From contig NC_045138.2 of assembly GCF_008831285.2 (NCBI RefSeq), positions 2,852,001 through 2,916,000 on the forward strand: a stretch of DNA of 64,000 bases, written 5' to 3'. The translations under genes and the position numbers were made by a program. The notes beneath the pieces were generated by a model, which saw only the letters and a list, made by a program, of their open reading frames with translations, was not told the origin of the DNA and made no database searches. Positions 1-16,079 of the stretch are shown in pieces. This DNA comes from Nymphaea colorata (Eukaryota). Numbering within the stretch: position 1 is the stretch's first letter; each line of letters opens with the position of its first letter.

Positions 1-364
1 CTTGATTGATGATAATCATGACATATTATATGTTGTGAACTTGTAATATAATCTAAAACACTTTAAAATTTAAACTTTAAAGTTGTGATGGACGCTTATT
101 ATGTTATTATGAATTTCTCATTTCTCATTTATAAATGATGTGATGAGTTTTTTATATAGAACACATTTTTTTGATTTTTTCATTGTTTTTCCTTATTTTA
201 CCGATTTTTTCAACTTTTTTCCAATTTTTTTTATTTTTAAAATTTTATGAACTAAAAATTAATTTATGGTACTTTACATTACGTTTACGATATGTTACGA
301 TACAGTGTATGAGTGTATAGGTCAGCCCGACAATACACGTTACGATACACCTTCAACAACATTG
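1..364. mobile_element. Intronic MITE (CAATGTTGT-end family), right part; paralogous to 55082-55825
   Basis: Ends CGATACACCTTCAACAACATTG; ACGATA subterminal repeats; matches 55470-55825. Confidence 0.6.
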
Positions 365-984
365 GTTTGATCCATTTTGGATTACACTAGTAGATCTCCC
401 TCCACTTTGATAAGAACTTGATGCTTGACACCTGCAACTTCTGAAATCTTTTGAGGGTTCTGAAAATGTAAATTATTTGTGAGAGGTATTTAACATGAAA
501 CAAGTAACTCCTAGGGATAAAAGAATTGCAATTTTAAAAAAGATGGACGTACTCAACATCCTTGCACATGATTTGAAGTTTCAATTTGCTAGACCAGTTG
601 CCGTCAAGTAGGAGATTAAATGCATGTAATGATTGGACTATGTAAAATGTAAATAAATGAATGAATAAAGAAGAAGTTGGTACATATATTATATGTTAAT
701 GTGTATGCGTATATGCATGTGTGCACGACTGTGTATCTCCCTGTCTGCGTGTGCACTCTTTGTTAATGTTATAGAATCATAAAGCATGAAAATAGACAGG
801 GTACTGAAAATATCTAATTTCTTGTAATTTATCAAATTTCCAAAGAAGGTTATTAGATATTTCAATTTAAAATGAATAGAAAGAAGCGAAAAGAAGGTTA
901 GTACCACTGTACTGCTATAAAGTAAACACACTGCTTTTGCTTATTATAAGATGGTTTTCTTTCTTCTGAATCCTTTTTTAACAG

Positions 985-3642
<2,658 letters not shown>

Positions 3643-3987
3643 CAGTCCATTGTGATTGGACTTGGAATAAGTTCTTGCAAAAATTAGTACATTTAAGAGT
3701 TCTCCAGTCAAAGAGCTTCCTCCACATTCTTTATGACCATACTTGCATAAGATGGTGGACTTAACAACCCATTGTGATTGGACTTAGAATAAGTTCTTGC
3801 AAGAATTATTACATTTTAAGAGTTCTCCAGTGGCATATCCCTATGAAAGGACATACTATCTCTTTTGTGCAAAATTTAAGTATTTTGAATAAATGGTTCA
3901 TGGTTTTATTCATGAGAAAGGTCTCATCATGCGGAAATCCTTAGTTGAAAGTTGAAACTCATATTCTAAGGTTCTAGTTCCTCAAAC

Positions 3988-4152
3988 CAATGTTGTAAAA
4001 AGCATATCGTAAGCCGTATCGGTCTGACTTTAAGATATGTTGTATCGTAAAATATCGTATGTATCGTAACCATATCGTTTTTTTTTAATAAATCAGAAAA
4101 AATAAGAAAAACATTTGAAAAAATCATAAGAAATCAGTAAAAATCAAGAATA
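3988..4152. mobile_element. Single-ended MITE fragment (CAATGTTGT family), absent from the paralogous site
   Basis: CAATGTTGTAAAAAGCATATCG resembles the reverse complement of the element end at 340-364. Copy 2 reads straight through CTCAAACCAAATGG at ~59476. Confidence 0.6.
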
Positions 4153-7100
4153 AGCTCTCCTACATCCATGATTTTATCTCAAAAGTTTTTTTTTTATCTC
4201 AAAAAGATCAATAATCCAAGAAAAACAACTGCCCCCTCTTAAACATGAGGATTAACGTAAAATTGTTAAAAATAGAAAAATAAATAAATACCCCTACAAA
4301 ATTTTCACCTTGAGGGCTCCCACCATTCAAAATTTTGAGGCTATATATGGTAATTCAAATATTTTCTTTAAGAATTCTTCACACACAAAGTGATAGTCCA
4401 TTTTGATATGCTTTATTCACTCATGAAAGGTGTGGCCTCGAACAATGTAGATAAAATTTTTATCATCATGACACAACTTGGCTGGTGTCTCCATCTCATT
4501 TTCCATGTCACATGATAACTCAAAAAAACCAAACTATTTCTATAGTTGTTGATGTCATTGCTCTATACTCTGCTTTGATAAAGGATAATAAAACTTTTTG
4601 TTGTTTTCTACACTTATATGAGATAAGGGATTCACTTAGAAAACCACTAAAAGCTGTTGTTGAGTATTTGTCGTTGAGATCTTCTGCCTAATCAACATCA
4701 ACATAAGCTATTAAATTCAATGGAAATGAAAAGGAAAGAAGAACTCCCCGATTCATTGATCTTTTGATGTATCTTATTATCTTACAATCATATGTAAATG
4801 TTGTTGGAGAATGGTGAAATTGACTTACCACAACGTATCAACATATAATACAAGGATAATAAAACCTATAAAAGTGTTCTTAACAATAAGGGATGTATCT
4901 ATCAAACAAGATTGAAAGCTGCATTAGTCATTAAAGTGGTCAAGCCATGCCTTTGGTGCTTCTTTAAGGCCATATAAAGTTTTTTGTAATATTAAGACTA
5001 TCTTTTGGAATAATAATATGATGAAGATTATCTATGTAGACATTTTCTAATTCACTATTCAAAAAGACATTCTTTACTTATATGTTCGGTTTTTAATAGC
5101 TGCAAAAGTTAGAGGAGTTCCAACAATGATCATTCTTGCTATAAGGACAAATGTTTCTTCATAATCAATTTCATATTCTTGAATATTTCCCACAACAACA
5201 AACCTAACTTTATACCTTTCTAAGGTTCCATTACCCTTAATTTTAGTCTTGTAAACCCTTTTACACCCAATAGTTTTTTTTTATAGCAAAATCAATATTT
5301 GTCATGTATTAGCATCTTTCATTTCCCATGTATTGGCTTCCATATTAGTAGATGGTTCAAACTAGGAATAGATGGCAGTCAAGCAAGTTCAATATCTATA
5401 AGTAAATGGCTCATAAGAAACAAATCTATTTGGAGGTCAACATTTTTTGTAAATCTTTTAAAGGTTCATTCATTAGAAGAAGTAAAATCCTCTTTTTATT
5501 GGCAAGTTGCTTGTTTCAGTATAGGCTTCTTCTTGGGTTCTATGGTAAATTATACGCCTATTAGATATCTTATCTTCATTGTCAGTGTCATTATTCTTTT
5601 CTTCATTTTCATCTCCACTCTCATATGAATCATCACAATGTTCTGAAAGATATTTAAATAAAAAGGAATAGGTGTTGACCTCTTGAAAATCTTTTTTTCT
5701 TTTGAATCCATGTTCTTTTTTAATGAAACTTACATTTTTTCAAATTGATAGTTTATCATTTTTAGAATCATTACATCTAGTTCCCTCAAGTGTCTTAGAA
5801 TACTCCATAAAAGCACATTTAAAAACTTTTGAACTTAGTTTGCCAGCTTTATCATTTCCAGACAAAGGCTGCGTTGGTTAGGTCCTTTTTTTTTTTGTTA
5901 AAAACAAAATTGTGGTGTATTTATAGCAAAAATGGGTCCATGCATAACCTTATCTTACATTTACAGATTCATTAAAAAAAATCTCAATCTATTATTTAAA
6001 TCATAACATTTACATCCACAATCTCTAAGTATCTCATTAATATTTAGACAATTTTTCAAGGGGAGAAGCATTTGATAAAGTTTTTTATATTATTTTCTTT
6101 ATGAGATAAGCGGACATCTAGCTGCCTCAACTCAAAATTTTTTATACACTTTTAAAAATAAGAAGAATGCTAGTTGTTTCTATAACGTGTCTATGCTTTC
6201 TCCTGGATAAACCTTTTTGTTGATGCTTCTTATAAAAAGGACTTTGGTAAATTATTCCAAATAGTTTTAGATATTCTTCAAACTCATTTGAATTAAATTC
6301 ACTTCTGGAATTTGTTCTAAATATTTTAATTTTGGTATCAAATTGATTTTTCATTAGATTGTGAAATGTGTTAAATACCTTTAACTTGAATATCAAAATA
6401 TAAATCCAATTGTACCTAGTAAAATCATCTATAAAAATTATATAATATGATAATCATCATTTTGACATGATCGGTGGGATTCCTAAACATCCGAATGAAA
6501 CAAGTTCAAAGGGTTTTAGCCATTAAAAATTTCTTAAACCAAAAGGTATAATTTTCATTTTCCCATTTAAAAGATCATTATACCAAAAGGTATTGATACA
6601 TAGTTTCTTTGTAGAGTCAATAAGAGAAATTTTTTTTATGCTTAGATGTCATTCTCTTTGATGCCTTATTTTAGCACCTATGTTTTCGGCAACATCACAA
6701 AAGACTTTGTTGTGTATACATAATTTGTTCATGTAATACAAATATCTTTTTCCAAAATTTTCTCCATTCAATTTCATGGATTGGTGTCCCTGCACATAAC
6801 GTTTGTTCGATGAGAAAAGAATTTCATATCCATAGTCAGACATTTGACAAACAAAAGTAATTTAAGACAATATTTCTACATAAAAATTTAGAATATAAAC
6901 TTTTCATTTTTCAACTTCATTTTTGTGATCTCTAATTCTTAAAATGTTTAAAGAGGTTCAATTAGCAGTGAGAACATTTGAAATCCCTTAAACATATGCA
7001 TACTTTGTCAAAGAGAAATATATGGAGTCATATGAATGAGACTTTGTAAGTTAAGAACCAATAGTGCATACTTTTGTATTGGAATTGGAGGCAGATGATG

Positions 7101-9023
7101 CCATTGCACTTGATGGTGACTTGTTAAAAAGTGGTTGAAAGCCAGTTACAAGCTGATTTAAAGTGGAAGAAGTAGAAGTAACGTTGTGTCCTCCATTGAA
7201 TCTCTTATTGTTCCCTTGATCAAGTTGACCTCCAATGTGATAGGTTGCTCCTTGATTAGAGTTGTGTGATCTTCTAGGTGTAGATTCTCAATTGCTTTGG
7301 TATGGCCCTCCATTTGAGTTCCTTTTAAACTTATGATGTTGAAGCTTTATGTGCCCCATTTCATGACCATACTGATAAATAACCTGATAGTATCCTTTGT
7401 GTTGATTCTGACTATTAAAACGAGGGGGCTTATAGGGTTTAATATTGCTTCCCAATCTAGAAGCTGCCAAGACCTTATCTTCTTCTTGTTTGATGGAAAG
7501 AGAACTCTTCTTATTCTTGTTCATATTCATCCTTGTTTCCTCCACACTTAACATGGTAAGTGTCTTATGAATGACTGAAGGATATGTAAAAGGTAATGAC
7601 ACAACTTTAATTTGTTCAAATTCTGGCCTAAGGACTTGTGGGAGCTGATAGAATCTCAAATTTTCAATGATCTCCTTGCTTCTAATCTCATGGCGCTTAC
7701 ATTCAATGCCAAAGCTTGGGATTCAATTGGTCAATTTTCATTCTATATAGTAGATGATTCTATGTAATAATCTCTTACATTCTTTGCTCCTTGCATAACA
7801 TGTTGAGCCTTTGTAATTAGGAGATATGTTTGAGTTGTATCTCCTCGTGTATACATACCCATGAGATATTCTCATGTGTCACTAATTTTTTATAATATAT
7901 GAGATTTTGAGCAATACAAGGATCAATACTATTGTAAATCGATTCCTTGATTCTTGCATTTTTTACTACCGAATCGTCCAAATTTCTTGTAGTATTCAAT
8001 CATGGCATTATCTCTCCCAATCCCTTGGGACTCTTCTCGACACTGTTTTCAACTTTAGTTAATTTAAGAGAAGGTTGAGCTTTAGTACATTAAATGAAGC
8101 CCCAAACTTTGTTTTAGTTTGATGTGCATTTTTAGGCATTTCACCTACAGAGAATACCTTGTTTCATCAAGCAAAATGGGGCCACTTAATTTTCATGATC
8201 AAAGGAGTTTTTAAATCTTCCATATTCTTGATGAGACGACACCTGAATCATCTACTGAAGAACGAATTATAATCCATAGCAATAAGAGATTGGTTTAGAG
8301 GAACAAGCAACACTGGTGCAAGCCTTTAGAGAAATTCATTAGTAGCCACTTGATACCAACAGTAGATTCACCAATTGTAAAGCAAATTTTATTGGGAGTA
8401 CCAAGAAAGAAAATGAAATCAATGCAGAAGGTTCAACAGCTGTTGTCAGCTTGAAACAACAAGAATTCATGCTCTAACACCATGTAAGTTTAGTTGTAAA
8501 TCAGCTAAATAAGATTACAGAAAATGGTGCTAAGACCCAAAGTGAATAGCAATATAAAATAATTCTAAAGAATCTTTGTTAGTCGCTCAAATAGCTCCAT
8601 CTTGGTGAAATACGCATTTGACCAGTAGAGCTTGCACAAAATAAAATACAAAAATACACATAAGAGAATAAAAGTAAACAAAAAATAAAAAGACCTATAT
8701 ACAAGTCTATATGGCAATTGTAAGCATGTATATACCTAAATACTACAATCATACATGCAGTAGTGGAGCTAGAAAATCTTGGCTGAGGGGCAGTAACCGG
8801 GTTTGTGGGGCACTTACTTAGATATGGTGTGAACGATTTATGTGCTGAACCCAGGACCAGCTCAGTCACAATAAAAGATTTCAAGTGATGACATAGGCAA
8901 TGACCCACTTCAGTCACATAGTAGCTCAGCTACTGCAAACATGCATTTAAGCATATATATAATTATAGATTATATAGACATATATAGGCTGAACATATAC
9001 AAGTATTTACAATAATTCTAATA
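4153..9023 (-). mobile_element. Degenerate Ty1/copia LTR retrotransposon (gag-IN-RT-RH remnants, PBS, 5' LTR)
   Basis: Minus-strand remnants: gag LRPEFEQIK (~7600-7650), integrase DFTRYNWIY / KIKIFRTN (6142-6440), RT YKVRFVVVGNIQEYEIDYEETF (~5150-5220) and LYGLKEAPKAW (~4945-4980), RNase H EYRAMT and KHIKMDYHFV (4385-4570). PBS-like TGGTGTTAGAGC at 8471-8482 abuts an LTR at 8483-~9023. Many stops and frameshifts. Confidence 0.85.
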
Positions 9024-9899
9024 CTAGTGTCTATTGGCTTTAAAATATGAGCATTGGGTATACATTGGCATGAGTCGTTTTATTATAATAAGGTGACTCA
9101 CAGACGAATATGATTAAAGTTCTTTTTAGTGATTTAAAATGCGTTAAAACCAGATAAGCAAGTATATTTAAAAAAAAATGGTAAGGTAGACCTTTATTTA
9201 ACAGTTGTTTGAGCCTTTGAGGACCGTCATCTGAAAAAAATCGGAACATGAGGCTCGTTTTTGAGATTATAGCTAAAAGACGGTCTCCGAAGCATATACT
9301 TCCAAAATGACAAGGTTTGGATCTTCACTGATATTTGGATTCAAAAGATCGGAATCGAAACCGACCCGCTGGCGACCCACTTGAAAAGGAAGGAAGGCCT
9401 CGGGACTCGCACGGAAGACTTTCAAGCGTCCCCGTAGGCCGTCTCCAGGACCACGGCTCGTCACTCCGTCCCATCACTCCCGCGGAGAAAACCCAGCCGT
9501 CAGATCCGGGCTCGTCGACCGAGAAACTCCTCCGATCGCCTCCACTTCCTGGTTCTCTTGTTGGTAATTTCTTCTCTCCTCTTTCTGGTGATCTCTTTCC
9601 GTCTTTCTCTTTCTTTTTTCCGGCGATGCTCAATTGGATCGAAATGAACCGGAATCTACACAAATCGCGCCGGAATACTGAAATAAACTTGTCTTAACTT
9701 CTCGTGGCGGTAGTCCGAAACGGAAATAAAACATCCCGACGTATGATGACGATCTCGCGTGTAGCGTCTAAATTTCGGTAGGTTGGTGAGATTTCTACTG
9801 TTTAGCTTTTTAGGGCATCTCCATGACTTCTTGTACATTCCTCTCTTTCTTCCTGATTCTCATGGCGCTTCCATATCAGGGATACATCCGTCATTTTTG

Positions 9900-9945
<46 letters not shown>

Positions 9946-11304
9946 ATGTCTGATTGGGTGGTAAGCCGGGTAAGTGATGGTTCTTAATGGAGCATGAAAT
10001 TACAGGTCTACTCTGCAGAAATCGGTGTTTGGCTCTTTAATTTTCCCAGGAATACAGGCATCAAAGGATAGATGAATTGAAGAGGGTGCATGTGATACCC
10101 GATCGGTTGATGTGGTCAAGTGATCATCGGAGGAGGAGGAGGAGGGAAGATTGCAGGATGAGAAGGCAGACCAACGGAGGGTTATCTCTCGTCGACATTG
10201 TTGTTTATTTGGGGAGAGAGAGAGAGAGAGACGCTGCTGCTCTAATGGCTTCTTCTGCACTGCAACTCCACGGAAAACACACAGAGAGAGTAGCAAGTAC
10301 AGCTGCACCACTGAACTCTACGGCAAATAGAGCAAAGAAGGAGACTTGTTTTGCTTCGGTTGTCCTGCTTTCTACATTGTCATTCAACGGCACAAGAGAG
10401 AGAGAAAGAGAGAGACTCACGCTCAGCTTATCTGTGCAAGTCATTTCGAGGGAGATAGGTGAGAGAATTAACCCCAAGTATGGGATCCTACAATCAATCC
10501 CTCGCCTCTGAATCTTCCAGTTTTATAGACCCTCAGAGAGTGTGTGTGTGGAGAGAAGGGGAGAGGACATTCACCGCCACTGTCTAATTTTTATAGCACA
10601 GACAACGGGGGAGGAGAGAGAGAGAGAGAACAGCAAGTATGGGGATTGGCCCACTGTGCTCTATGACTCTTAAAGCATCTGGGAAGAAGAGGACAGTATT
10701 GCTGCATTTGTTTCTGCTCCGCTTTTAATGCAACAGAGAAAAAGACTCGACTGCAGGTAAAGAGTTATGATTTTTTCACTTGCTTTTAAAGTCTGTCATT
10801 GGTCATGGTCAAGAAAGGTCAGTCAACTTTCCGGTACACGCTCAACACAGAGTTAGTTTGACTGTGGCATCATCCTGCCATGGCCCTGCAGATGGGCACC
10901 TTCCAGTTGCTTTGCAAAATATCACAGACAGGAGAAACGGATCATTAAATATGTAAACGGAAAGTGGTGAATCGTGGTTCAATCAATGTCTACTCTCGGA
11001 CTTTCTCTCTCTAGACCAAAAGAAAAGCTTCATCGCGGTTGTACGTAATCATGTACCCTCGTCTTTCTCTCTCCCCCATTCTACCACCATACTCTGATGT
11101 TGTTTCACTGCGGTGAGAGAGAGAGACAGAGAGAGATATATGATATAACTGACTAGAATGAAACTGTGATACTCTGTCATTGGATAACCAACTACCAGCA
11201 GAAGCAAATTTAATTCACTGGTCAGTCAATGCTTTGATTTTACTGTTTGGCTGGTTCACTTTTCCACGTAAGAGGAAAAACTTTTCATGTACACGGGAAC
11301 TTAA

Positions 11305-12615
11305 GGGTTCGTTTGATGGCAAGGAAGAATTTAACGTGGTAAATTTATTATGGTATACGAGATGAAATTTAACCCTCTTCAGATTTGAGGTTCTGTTTGA
11401 TTGCAGGAAAGTTTTTTACAGGTAAAATTAACTGTGTTTGATGCACATGGTAAAATATATGAGAGACTTTTTTCCTGACCATTAGAAATAGTTAGAAAAT
11501 AGTTAAAATTAGTTGTTACGTAAAACCCATGATAACTCAAACATTCCTTTGAACATACATCCCTTTCTTTAAAAGGGAAATGAAAAAGAGTGAGCATCTT
11601 CTACCAATAGTATGAAGATACTAGCAACCAACTAAAAGCTTAGTTGCATCTTCTTCCACTTCAAGGTGAAGCAAGACAGATGCCACAGACCCCTATCGCT
11701 GTAAGTCCAGCATTATTGATACAAGATCATGGTCAGATGCCCCAAACTAAGCAAGATCTGGATATATGCAAACCAAGGAAAGGAGCTTCCTAAATCAACA
11801 CAAATGTTCAAACTGTGATATCATGTTTCTGAAACAGTTTTCTTGGAAATGAATTTCAAAATAGTAATCACGACGCAAAACATATATAAGTTGAGGTAAT
11901 TGGCAAGAGAAAACCCTCTTGTTTTGCTCGTGAGAGTAATTAATTGAATTTCTTCCCCTAATTATTAAAGTACTGGTTCGATAAGCCAAGTTCATTGAGA
12001 GAACAAGAATCTTTTTCATCATCCGTCTTCAATTGAACAGAAAATTTATTTCCTTCCCAACACGATCTCATCTCAACCTTGGTCAGTCTAATTAACCATA
12101 GCGGCAGAAGAAGGGACAGCCATTGGAGGCGGCGGCTATGGGTGCTGGAGACAATAAAAAAATTGGCAAATTAAGCGGCGAACTGGCCGGAATCGCAACA
12201 ACATGTTTCCAAACTGTCCGAAAAGGCATTTTAGAAGAAGAAATGGGTCCGCCAATGGCGCCGTAGCCGGCTGTTCCCATCTTTGGGGATCCTCTCTCAA
12301 GATCCCCCAACCTTTGGGGCACCGAGAGGATTAAAATCCAATCAGAATGCTCCTTGCAGCGAAGAAGGAGGCAATCAAGGGCTAGGTCACCATTTGTGTG
12401 GAGCTCCAACAAGCGAGGGGGGCGGTGGGTGGAGAGGAGCTTCCGTCGAGTGCGAGGAGGAGAGGCAGCGAGAGAGCGACCAGCGTAGAGGATGAAAGTT
12501 TTTCGGGTGAAAGTTTTCGACGTTTGATTCACAAACGGTTCACCGGGGTAAATTTCCCTCAGCCGTATGAATTTCACCCGTTGCACAGCATTTTTCTTGT
12601 GCATCAAACGGGTCC
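11305..12615. mobile_element. Non-autonomous PIF/Harbinger-type DNA transposon (~1.3 kb)
   Basis: Imperfect TIRs GGGTTCGTTTGATGGCAAG / CTTGTGCATCAAACGGGTCC, flanked by TAA at 11302-11304 and 12616-12618. Confidence 0.75.
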
Positions 12616-13660
12616 TAACTAAGCTTTGATAGCCTGCCAGGGTCTGTTCGTGCAGATCTGGTTTGAGAATGACACCTTATTTTGAACTATTTAACATAAT
12701 TTTCTTGGAGAGATTTGTCCTAAATTTTAGGTTCAAATCGAATTCATGGCAACCAGAGATTGTTGGTTCCCTCCTAAAACAGTACTTTGAGAGATGGCGT
12801 CGACTCTTAATGGGCCGGGTTGGGCTGACTCGATGCCCAGGTTTATCGAATAATTTACAATAATTCACAAATACCGCATGTCACTTTTTATTAATTTTAA
12901 AAAGACGTCTCATTTTTAATGAATTTTATTTACTGGTATAACTTTAAAATATATATTTCTAAATATATGTCGCCGCTGAATTATTGAAGCAGCCGATTCA
13001 CCGAACCGGTAGCTTCGTGATTTCCGTCCGGACGGATTTTTATGAGAGAGAGGGAGAAGGAGAGGGAGAATTGTAAGGCTTGAAAACGACAACCAACTGG
13101 CTGATTAATGACAACCATAATTTTCAAATGGTTTCACATCTAATTAAGAAGATGGAACTGACTTTGGATCTGGATCCATATGCGTGTTTGATTTTGGACT
13201 AGATGACCATACGTCGAACTGGAACAGGAATCTAACACATGATGTATTGGATCCAATAACGACATTATCTCAAGGGAAACAGGCCAACCATCAAAATCTT
13301 CCAGAGCAAGGAAGATTGTGATCTCATGCTTTTTGCTACTTGATACATCTTTTTTATAGCAATGGCCCTACAAGAAACTGTGTATACTTTATTGGAAGAC
13401 CTTTATTTTGGATCCTAGCTTTATAAGTCTTGTGTCATGGCCAAAAGCACAGCTAAAAAGCTCTAATTTGCTTTGACAAAACCATGGCTTTAGATTTTCA
13501 AGTTTCCGGATTACTTGGTGTTAGGACGAATGAAAAGATTATTTCATCTTACTACCAAATAAAAGGGTTGAGGCCTCTACCCTTTCCTCAATCTCTCTAG
13601 GGTACCAGGTCTGCTTTCAACGTTTCAGGATAACAACTCTAATATATTTCAACATACATA

Positions 13661-14090
13661 TAGGGATGTCAACGGATCAGATTCAAATTGGATATATCCT
13701 TAATCATATATAATTTTTCGAATATTCATATGTTCTAATTCTAATTCAAATAAGGAAAACTCATATCTGAATCTAAAATCTGTACAATCGGAAGCCAATT
13801 TTTATATTTATATCTGAATCCAAATCCAAATTTCGAACCAAATTTTTCTAATTTTCAATATTTAATAGCACTAGATATTGGATATTTGTCTAAAACTGAA
13901 TCTGATCCGAATCCATATATGAATCCGATCGGATATTTATGTATATCTGAATCCATATCCGATTGGGTGCCATTTACTAAATCCAAATCTGATCCGATTT
14001 TTCAATCAAATATTATTATTTTTTATATCCAATTTTTTCGGATCGGATTGGTTTGATATCCGATTCAAATCGGATATATTGACATCCCTA
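13661..14090. mobile_element. hAT-type MITE (TAGGGATGTCAA family)
   Basis: TIRs TAGGGATGTCAA / TTGACATCCCTA; 8-bp TSD CATACATA / CATATATA; internal ATCCGA/TCGGAT repeats. Confidence 0.85.
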
Positions 14091-15420
14091 CATATATATT
14101 GGTGCCCTCTACCCTCCCACCCCACTTCCCTCATCTTTGTTTGCAGAACATGCGGTTGACGCTCTGATTATTCAAAATGGATGCTGGCAACCTATCCTTA
14201 AATATAATTAATCAACATTACTCTATAAACAATCTCACTACATTAAAGATTAATCACTCAAACCGAGTTGGTTTGAGCTTGACTTGTTTTGCCAACATGG
14301 CCGCGGTGAGCTCTCTTAGAGGCAGACAAACAAATTTCTGGATAAGAGACACTAATAGTTTAAATTTTGTGCTCTTATGTAGAAAAATAAAAATAAAAAA
14401 TGAAGTACTAACACATAAGCAAAGCAAATTTGTGGGCTGGTGTGACAATTGCCCACGAAATCCACAATGCGGTTTCACTACTAGGCGAACTGCACGTGTC
14501 CTGCGAAATATTATGTTGTTTGGGTTAGAGGTGGCACTATGAAATTTTCACTATGAAGGCCTTTTTAGGCTGCATGAAATTTTTTAAATTACTTTTGTGG
14601 TGTCAACCGACACAAATATGCAACTACAAGCACAACAGAAACATGACTCTAAGGTACCAAAAGTAGCCATAAATTTTGAGAGGATGAGAGAAAAAGAGGA
14701 GGCTGTCAGCTTCACTCAGACATTGCGATTAGCCTCCCGCTCACCCGAAAAGGAATTAATACATATAGTGGAATGGACTTAGCTGTCACACAATCAACAA
14801 AGTTTTAGACGGATCCAGTAACAAAATGCATTAGCGTGCACATCAAATATCTACAAGATATGAATCACAATTTATATCGATTAAACAAATGGCCGGAATA
14901 CCCAGCACCTTTGAAGGGTTGTATATTCTTCGCGCTCTAATCAATGATTATTACATTGTTATTTCCCAGAATACATGTTTTTATATACAAACATGCTTTC
15001 ATAGTGCACATCTTTCAATAGTACCATGTTCTTGTTATAAGAAATATGGTGCAATTATGGTCAACATTTAATTTTTGGATCTAATGTTTATAGACTCCAA
15101 AAAAAAAAAAAGAGATAATCCAGTGTGGATTTTACGAGTTTTCTTTAGCTATTTTCTCAGCCTTGGCAAGACAACATCCTACTCAGGCCAGATCCGAACC
15201 ACTTGCAATCCGATTTGGCATATTTTATGAGAGTCTTGTGATAAACTATCACAAGTTTCAAGGGATAAGTATTCCCATGTCGTATGAGGAACCTAATCAT
15301 AAACTTTTAATTGGCAGGTAGCTTTGGAAAGTTAGGAACGAAGCAGAACAGCTTAACATCTGATTTCAAACCTTGAGTATGAATACATCATATGAACTGA
15401 CAGAAAATTCTAATTCCTAA

Positions 15421-16079
15421 GAGGTCGTTTGACAAAAGGAACTCTCTTGTGGCTGTTCTTGAACTATTATATAGATTAGAGCATATCTAGGAAACAATAG
15501 TTCAAGTGTTCCATGAATTACCTTACTATTTGTAGTAGTTTGATGGGGACACTCATGAAATGTTCCTTGAATTGCTCGATCATGAATTTACCTTAATATT
15601 TGGAGTGGGTTCATGGTGACACACATGAAGTGTTCCTTGAACTGCTTTATGGATTAGAGTATATTCAAAGAACAATAGTTCAAGTGTTTTATGAATTTAT
15701 CTTAATATTTGGAGTAGGTTCATGAAAACACTCACGAAGTGTTTCTTGAACTGCTTCAAAAATCAGTGCACATTCAGGGAACAATAGTTCAAGTAGGTTC
15801 ATGGAAACACTCACAAAGTGTTTCTTGAACTGCTTCAAAAATCAGTGCACATTGAGGGAACAATAGTTCAAGTAGGTTCATGGAAACACTCACGAAGTGT
15901 TTCTTGAATTGCTTCAAAAATCAGTGCACATTTAAGGAACAATAGTTCAAGTAGGTTCATGGAAACACGCACGAAGTGTTTTTTGAACTGCTTCAAAAAT
16001 CAGTGCACATTCAGGGAACAATAGTTCAAGTAGGTTCATGAAAAATACTCACTAAGTGTTCATGCTGCCAAACGACCTT
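15421..16079. mobile_element. Tourist/PIF-like MITE containing a 79-bp tandem array
   Basis: TIRs GAGGTCGTTTGACA / TGCCAAACGACCTT with TAA on both sides. ACAATAGTTCAAGTAGGTTCATG recurs at 15781, 15860, 15939 and 16018. Confidence 0.85.

Noticed and set aside
9656..9838. 60-aa ORF ending DYRHEKLRQVYFSIPARFV, faintly like a DY-sulfated peptide (CIF)
   Set aside because: Lacks the PPFKLIPN-type core and a linked signal peptide; chance similarity is likely.
10077..10215. EDCRMRR resembling a phytosulfokine precursor
   Set aside because: No downstream DYIYTQ motif.
11581..11600. TGAAAAAGAGTGAGCAT, partly like miR156
   Set aside because: Too many differences, no complementary star arm seen, and it lies inside a transposon.
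15712..16045. Regularly spaced repeats resembling a CRISPR array
   Set aside because: The whole 79-bp unit repeats with no unique spacers, it lies inside a MITE, the context is eukaryotic, and there are no cas genes.
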